NCBI GenBank assembly: GCA_002269645.1 | Contig: NIVC01001722.1 | Coordinates: 160,072 to 224,071 of the forward strand | Length of the DNA stretch: 64,000 nucleotides | Direction of reading: 5' to 3' | From: Macrostomum lignano | Taxonomy: Eukaryota | Shown: positions 57,935 through 64,000 of the stretch, piece after piece | Position numbering within the stretch: the stretch's first letter is position 1 | Layout of the letters: each line of letters begins with the position of its first letter | Made by a program: the position numbers and the translations under genes | Notes under the pieces: model-generated | Seen by the model: the letters and a program-made list of their open reading frames with translations, nothing else | The model's database searches: none | Told to the model about the DNA's origin: nothing

Positions 57935-60900
57935 GACGGGCGGAAAAATGGCTTGGTATTCCTACTGTTAAGCCAATCAAACCGGGGGGGGGGGCGGCAT
58001 GTCACCCGCACGTGACCTAGGCAGGCCGGCCACCTCCCCCCCGCAAGCACCACGCCTCACCGGTTTAACACCCAACCAAAGCTACGCATGGTCGGAGCGA
58101 AGTACATGCATATAAAAATGACCGAAAGGATCGAATAAAAAAATCAAAACTCAATTTTTGAGATTAAAAACTAAAAAATCATTCAGAGGAAATCTAAACT
58201 CAATCGCCTTATCAGTTTACCATAAGTATTGCGACAGCTGCTTATGTGCATCTCAATCATCTAAAGTATGATCGATCCGTGAATCTTACTCTAAGAAACA
58301 GGTAGCTGTTTCGCCTTCCACACTAAAAAGTCGTGGCTTTTTAAGCTCTAAGCCAGTGGCGTAGCCAGCATTTTCATCTGAGTGCGAGGGGTCACAACAA
58401 ATTACACTTGTATTTGTCGTATTACTAGTGCGTTTAGTATGAGCAACTTAGTAGAGAACGCATATCGCTGAATGGGGTTTCGCCACTAGTAGACGCAAAT
58501 TCGGTCGAGGAAAATCCGCGCTGGAAAAATCTTATTTACCGCGAGGGGCGAGACCGCGGTTTTTTTTAAATTTTTTAATTACATGCATATAGTTTGTGAA
58601 AACCTGATACGCGTAAGAGTACCTTCGTACCTACTTATAGTAGAAAAAAAGTAAATAACTTACATAAACTATGCTTTGTCTTGTACGAGTTAATGTATCT
58701 TTGATTTGTACGAGTTAAAAATGGAATCACGGTCAGATTTTACTTGTAGTTATTACATGTACAGTTTTAACTTTTCATCTTCAGCAAACAGCAAGGTACA
58801 TCAAACAGATTTTGGCAGGAATAACAGCTAACTTAATATTCCTGCATGACAGAATGTGTGGTGCTTTCACGCGTAGAATGACGCATATAGTACCTGAGAG
58901 TGCTGCTTCCGTTGCAATTGCAACAAGCCTGATGCAATGCAGTGGTGCATTTTGCCGGGAAATAAATGCTTGGATGTATATAGTAAACAAACCTGCCTTG
59001 GTGAATGCGCGTATTAAGCGTTGCGAGAGGAGAAGCAACCAAGAAGCCATATAATAGGTCTGACTGATGCGAACAACAGGATACTGCAGTAGCACACCAT
59101 TGCTACATAAATCTTCGCTGATTACGTATACACATACCGTTGCTGCAGTAACTGGTATGCATATGCTATCTTTCATCTTGATCTGTATACTACTATATAA
59201 ACATATATTCACTTCGGTGTCGTGTGGCTTGGTTTTCAATTGAAGCAGTTTGTTTGACTGTGTACACACTTCGGTAATTGTGCAATTATAACGAGCGCAG
59301 CAGGGCACAATTGTCTTTGTAGTAACAGTGGCAAATTTCTGGCATTTTTAAAAAAATACAGAAAGCATCCAAAGATCGCTTTAGGGACCTCTCAGACCAG
59401 TCAACATGGCCCTTAGCTAAGCATCGATGCTTCACTCGACACGTTTCCTCCAGGACCAGACCTCAGAGGAGCGATGCCCTTTTTGCCGCTCAGGCAGTGA
59501 GACAACGCTGAGCACTTTGTACCTGCCACTATCGAGTTTTCACTCACCTCGGAGCCAAACTCGGTTTTCTCTCACGTTTGCAGGCCTGAGAACATACCGC
59601 TGCTCGCCCGGTACCCCAAGGACAACGGGATGAGCTGAGTCTTCCCCAACGCTGGTAAAGGAGGACCGCGCTGCAGGCGGGACCGCGGGCCCCCCGAGCG
59701 ACATACTTCACTGAAAGTTATTGGTCGGCTGGTCGCTAGGGGCTAGCGGAATGAGAGACTCTCTCCTCCGCCTCCCCGCTGCATCCGCCGGTCGATGCCC
59801 CCCCCCCCACCTGCAGCCAACTCAACTCAAGAATCGCTTGCTCCCAATTCCTAATAAAACTTCATCGCCGTTGTACATGAACCACTAGAAAAACCGGATG
59901 GCATCATTGAATACAATAATTGCGTTAACTAAAGAAATGTTCTATTTCTGTGATTTGCAAACGGCCTTTAAAACTAGTTTCCAAGAAAAGATTGGTATCG
60001 ATCCTTCTATTTATACTGGCGCTTGCCTTTTAATTTACTTTAAAAAGATGGACTCGTATAAGACTGCATGAGGGTCAGTTAGTCGCAATTATAAGCATTA
60101 AGCTAGAATTCTAATCTTAATTTTGAGCCCAGCAAACTGCAGCTCAAAATAATTGCCCACTGTCACTGATAAGACCGAGCTTGCCACTTTGCCCTGTGTT
60201 AAACTAATCGAACTTTACACAAAAGAGCACAATATAATGATTAGCAATTTAGAGCCCCGCAGTGCCAGTCAGCACCAGTCGAATCTTTGAACTGCGATAC
60301 CAGCTACACTGCATGGGTCAAAGTTATGCAGCTAAGATTACCTCAAGCGACCTTCTTTACCGCTATCTCTAATCACTTTAATGTTATAATAACTATAGCT
60401 TATTTATTTGAGTTACTTTCGAGTGCCCGGGTCTATCTGACGGTACTATTACTGCAGAAGACACTATAGAAGAATTAGATAGACCCTCAACAATTTTCTG
60501 CGCACATTCTATATAGACATGAGGCGTCGCGTGCTCAGCACTGACCCTGCGACCTGGTGCGGCCAGCGCGCCCCTAGCGGTGCGGTTAGTCAGACCGATA
60601 TGGACGCATTATCGGGGCCAATGCGGGCCTCAAGTCTCGATAAGGCCGGGGCACATGGGCAGCATCATGGCACAAGTCAATGCTAGAAATGCAAAAGTCT
60701 GGCCCCAAAAGCCAATAGCAGTGATGCCATGCCAGCCCTGTTGAAGCAGCAATCTGACAAACGGACAAGCAGCCACCCCAAGGGAGGGGGGTGGTCGGCG
60801 CTTCATATCGCCACTCCTACGGGGCGGCGGCTTATTTATGCCAGCGCCTGCGGCGGACGCTAATAATACAGACCGGTCTGCCTGAAAGAAGACTAGTTGC

Positions 60901-62054
60901 AGACAATGATAGTCGCGCATTTTACACGGAGCCGAATGAACAATAAGCCAGGATTATTAGGTGAGTTTGCCCGATTATAACAAGCAGCTCGGCAGTGGTC
61001 AGCTGTGTACATTTCCTCCCGAGACTGGCAATAATTTAGCCTCAGACTCCGCACCTGCGCCTATACTATACTCAGGAGGATGTGTGCACAGTCTGTCAGA
61101 CTCTGAGCAATAATCAACTACTGCTAGTAATTAATAAGACTTTTGTTCTTCTTTCGGCGAAAATAAACGCAACCAAACGTATCTGACCTACTGACCTACG
61201 CTATAAAACTATCGCCGCTTGCCTTATTTTAATTTTTAATAAAGGAGCAACAACCAGAGACCCAAACAGGGTAATTATGAATTTATGGCAGAGCTGTGAG
61301 ACACGAAGAGGCCAAAATAAAACAGTGGGCTGCTTTTAATTTTTATTAAACAGCAGAGCTGCAGGGGTCAGCTGCAGCAATACAATGGGCGGCGAATTCA
61401 ACAGCAATTATGCAGAATAGATCGAATTAAAAGATCGAGCTTGCACAGAGACTCGCTGACAGACAGATTGCAAGTAGTATGACAGGGACTTTTTGAACAT
61501 GCTTGATATTGCACAACGTACATGTAGTCAAATACAAGAGATTAATCAGTAAAAGCAATGCATACAACACAGAGGCAACACGTAATCATAGCAGAATAAG
61601 CAAAATTAAAAAGAATAAGATACAAGCAATATTCTAGCGGTTGTCAGCCATGCACTTTAATACATGGCTTTATTTGCAGTTAACCCCAATACATGTTGCA
61701 ATTACACCATGGATTGAATAATAAAAAAATGCGACGCGCCACAATGCATATTGCAACAGTATGAATCGGATAATTAATTAGGCGAGCGAAACTATTTAAT
61801 CGTTAATAAATAAATAAATTATCGACTCCGATTTAATGAGTGCTGCAGTTACAAATTATTATTTATAATATTAATAGAATTAATAGAACTGATAGTATTA
61901 TAAAAATACGACAGAATTCAGAAAACAGCCTGGCGAGTGGCGTTATAAACATTTGACAAAGGTGACAAACGACTGAGAATTTGTGAGTAGCGCATGCACT
62001 GAGCACGACTGTCTAAGAACTGCTGCGATACTGTGAATTTGGGGCGATTTTCCA

Positions 62055-62843
62055 GGGGGGGGGTTAGGGGCGATTCTCTATGGGGTTAGGGGCGATTCTC
62101 TATGGGGTTAGGGGCGATTCTCTATGGGGTTAGGGGCGATTCTCTATGGGGTTAGGGGCGATTCTCTATGGGGTTAGGGGCGATTCTCTATGGGGTTAGG
62201 GGCGATTCTCTATGAGGTTAGGGGCGATTCTCTATGGGGTTAGGGCGATTCTCTATGGGGTTAGGGGCGATTCTCTATGGGGTTAGGGGCGATTCTCTAT
62301 GGGGTTAGGGGCGATTCTCTATGAGGTTAGGGGCGATTCTCTATGAGGTTAGGGGCGATTCTCTATGGGGTTAGGGGCGATTCTCTATGGGGTTAGGGGC
62401 GATTCCCTATGGGGTTAGGGGCGATTCTCTATGGGGTTAGGGGCGATTCTCTATGGGGTTAGGGGCGATTCTCTATGGGGTTAGGGGCGATTCTCTATGG
62501 GGTTAGGGGCGATTCCCTATGGGGTTAGGGGCGATTCTCTATGGGGTTAGGGGCGATTCTCTATGAGGTTAGGGGCGATTCTCTATGGGGTTAGGGGCGA
62601 TTGTCTATGGGGTTAGGGGCGATTCTCTATGGGGTTAGGGGCGATTGTCTATGGGGTTAGGGGCGATTCTCTATGGGGTTAGGGGCGATTCTCTATGAGG
62701 TTAGGGGCGATTGTCTATGGGGTTAGGGGCGATTCTCTATGGGGTTAGGGGCGATTCTCTATGGGGTTAGGGGCGATTCTCTATGGGGTTAGGGGCGATT
62801 CTCTATGGGGTTAGGGGCGATTCTCTATGGGGTTAGGGGCGAT
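62055..62843. repeat. 22-bp array containing a telomere-like core (TTCTCTATGGGGTTAGGGGCGA)n
   Basis: About 35 copies, each containing TTAGGG. Confidence 0.95.
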
Positions 62844-62928
62844 TATCAAGCAGAAAAGCGGTCAAAAAAAGAAAACGCCAACGGACTGCGAAATGCTATA
62901 GGCTGTTTTGTTCATAAAAGTACATCAA

Positions 62929-63276
62929 TCAGTTTTTCCTCATAGGCGGCTTCAGCGCCCAGTTCGGCGCCCCGTCAGGAGGCGGCCGCTGCGACCTGGA
63001 GCGCAGCGGATCCCGGATGCAGCGGCCCAGCTGCTGCTTCTGCTTGGTGGTGGCGCAGTTGTCCATGTAAACCTGGTCAAGCTGGCGTTTCAATCGTTTC
63101 ACTTCGTCCGATTCCCAGGCGAGCTCGCGGACGCGCAGCTGGTCGGAGCCGCCGGAGCCGCACTCCTCGTCGGAGCTGGTGTAGTCCCGGGTGAGGATGA
63201 CGCGGAACTTCTCCAGCTCGTCCGAGCTGAGGCTGGTGGCCACGAGTTCGAAGCTTTTCTGGCGTCGGTTCAGCTT
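62929..63276 (-). CDS. Terminal exon of a C14orf93-like uncharacterised protein; gene continues beyond the right edge
   Basis: Acceptor ttccag|AAG at 63276, frame ends at TGA 62929. Pattern DYTSSDEE...LRVRELAWESDEVKRLKRQLD...SQRPPPDGAPNWAL resembles the MSxEE..WRS..LD..R.P..P.WA pattern I recall for C14orf93-like domains. The upstream intron is filled by a 27-bp array. Confidence 0.55.
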   Translation of the reverse strand, partial: KLNRRQKSFELVATSLSSDELEKFRVILTRDYTSSDEECGSGGSDQLRVRELAWESDEVKRLKRQLDQVYMDNCATTKQKQQLGRCIRDPLRSRSQRPPPDGAPNWALKPPMRKN

Positions 63277-63314
63277 CTGGAAGGTCGACGATGAGGATAA
63301 GAGGTTGGCGGAGA

Positions 63315-64000
63315 ATGTGATTTGGGGACTCTGATGGGAGAATGGGATTTGGGGACTCTGATGGGAGAATGGGATTTGGGGATGCTGATGGGAGAATGGG
63401 ATTTGGGATGCAGGTGGGAGCATGGGATTTGGGGTGCTGTTGGGACAATTTGATTTGAGGATTCAGGTGGGAGAATGGGATTTGGGGATGATTGTGGGAG
63501 AATGGGATTTGGGGATGCTTGTGGGAGAGTGGGATTTGAGGATTCTGGTGGGAGAATGGGATTTGGGGATGCTGATAAGAGAATGGGATTTGGGGATGCT
63601 GATGCGAGAATGGGATTTGGGGATGCTGATGGGAGAGTGGGATTTGAGGATTCTAATGCGAGAATGGGATTTGGGGATGCTGATGGGAGAGTGGGATTTG
63701 AGGATTCTAATGCGAGAATGGGATTTTGGGATGCTTGTGGGAGAGTGGGATTGAGGATTCTGGTGGGAGAATGGGATTTGGGGGATGCTGATAAGAGAAT
63801 GGGATTTGGGGATGCTGATAAGAGAATGGGATTTGGGGATGCTTATGGGAGAGTGGGATTTGAGGATTCTAATGCGAGAATGGGATTTTGGGATGCTTGT
63901 GGGAAAGTGGGATTTGAGGATTCTGGTGGGAGAATGGGATTTGGGGATGCTTATGGGAGAGTGGGATTTGAGGATTCTAATGCGAGAATGGGATTTTGGG
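63315..64000. repeat. Intronic 27-bp minisatellite (GGGAGAATGGGATTTGGGGATGCTGAT)n
   Basis: Runs to the window edge, upstream of the C14orf93-like exon. Confidence 0.95.

Noticed and set aside
50528-58490. Additional MITEs at about 50528-50889, 52657-52977, 53630 and 58355-58489
   Set aside because: Only 7-9-bp partial inverted matches and no TSDs; possibly old TE ends but not supportable.
58781-59308. 175-aa minus-strand ORF
   Set aside because: No recognisable domain, host-like GC-rich codon pattern or clear splice context; a similar short ORF is open on the opposite strand.

Overview
Eukaryotic (animal) genomic DNA, not prokaryotic. GC-rich exons with GT-AG introns packed with minisatellites suggest a flatworm such as Macrostomum (inference only, not verified). 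All recognisable genes are on the minus strand. (1) A 16-exon TRPM-family channel runs from 17625 off the left edge; my hand-built splice model joins 3-4 ankyrin repeats in frame to the TRPM N-terminus, an unusual architecture. (2) SDR42E1-like 3-beta-HSD/SDR gene (21232-23967) with an apparent 1-bp frameshift. (3) NOP53/GLTSCR2 (25491-29193). (4) A possible membrane-protein exon near 30.7-31.2 kb. (5) An intronless ARHGAP11-like RhoGAP (54192-55370). (6) The last exon of a C14orf93-like gene entering from the right edge. Non-genic structure includes a 13.2-kb foldback-like unit with about 4-kb inverted arms (36958-40987 and 46174-50184) built from telomere-like and G-rich tandem repeats, a 1.7-kb hairpin (56237-57934), two hAT-type non-autonomous elements with 8-bp TSDs, a tRNA-derived SINE with diverged relatives, and more than 20 tandem arrays. 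Most long ORFs in the supplied track are artefacts of stop-free repeats. Exon boundaries were derived by eye from reading frame and splice signals; array boundaries and copy numbers are approximate.
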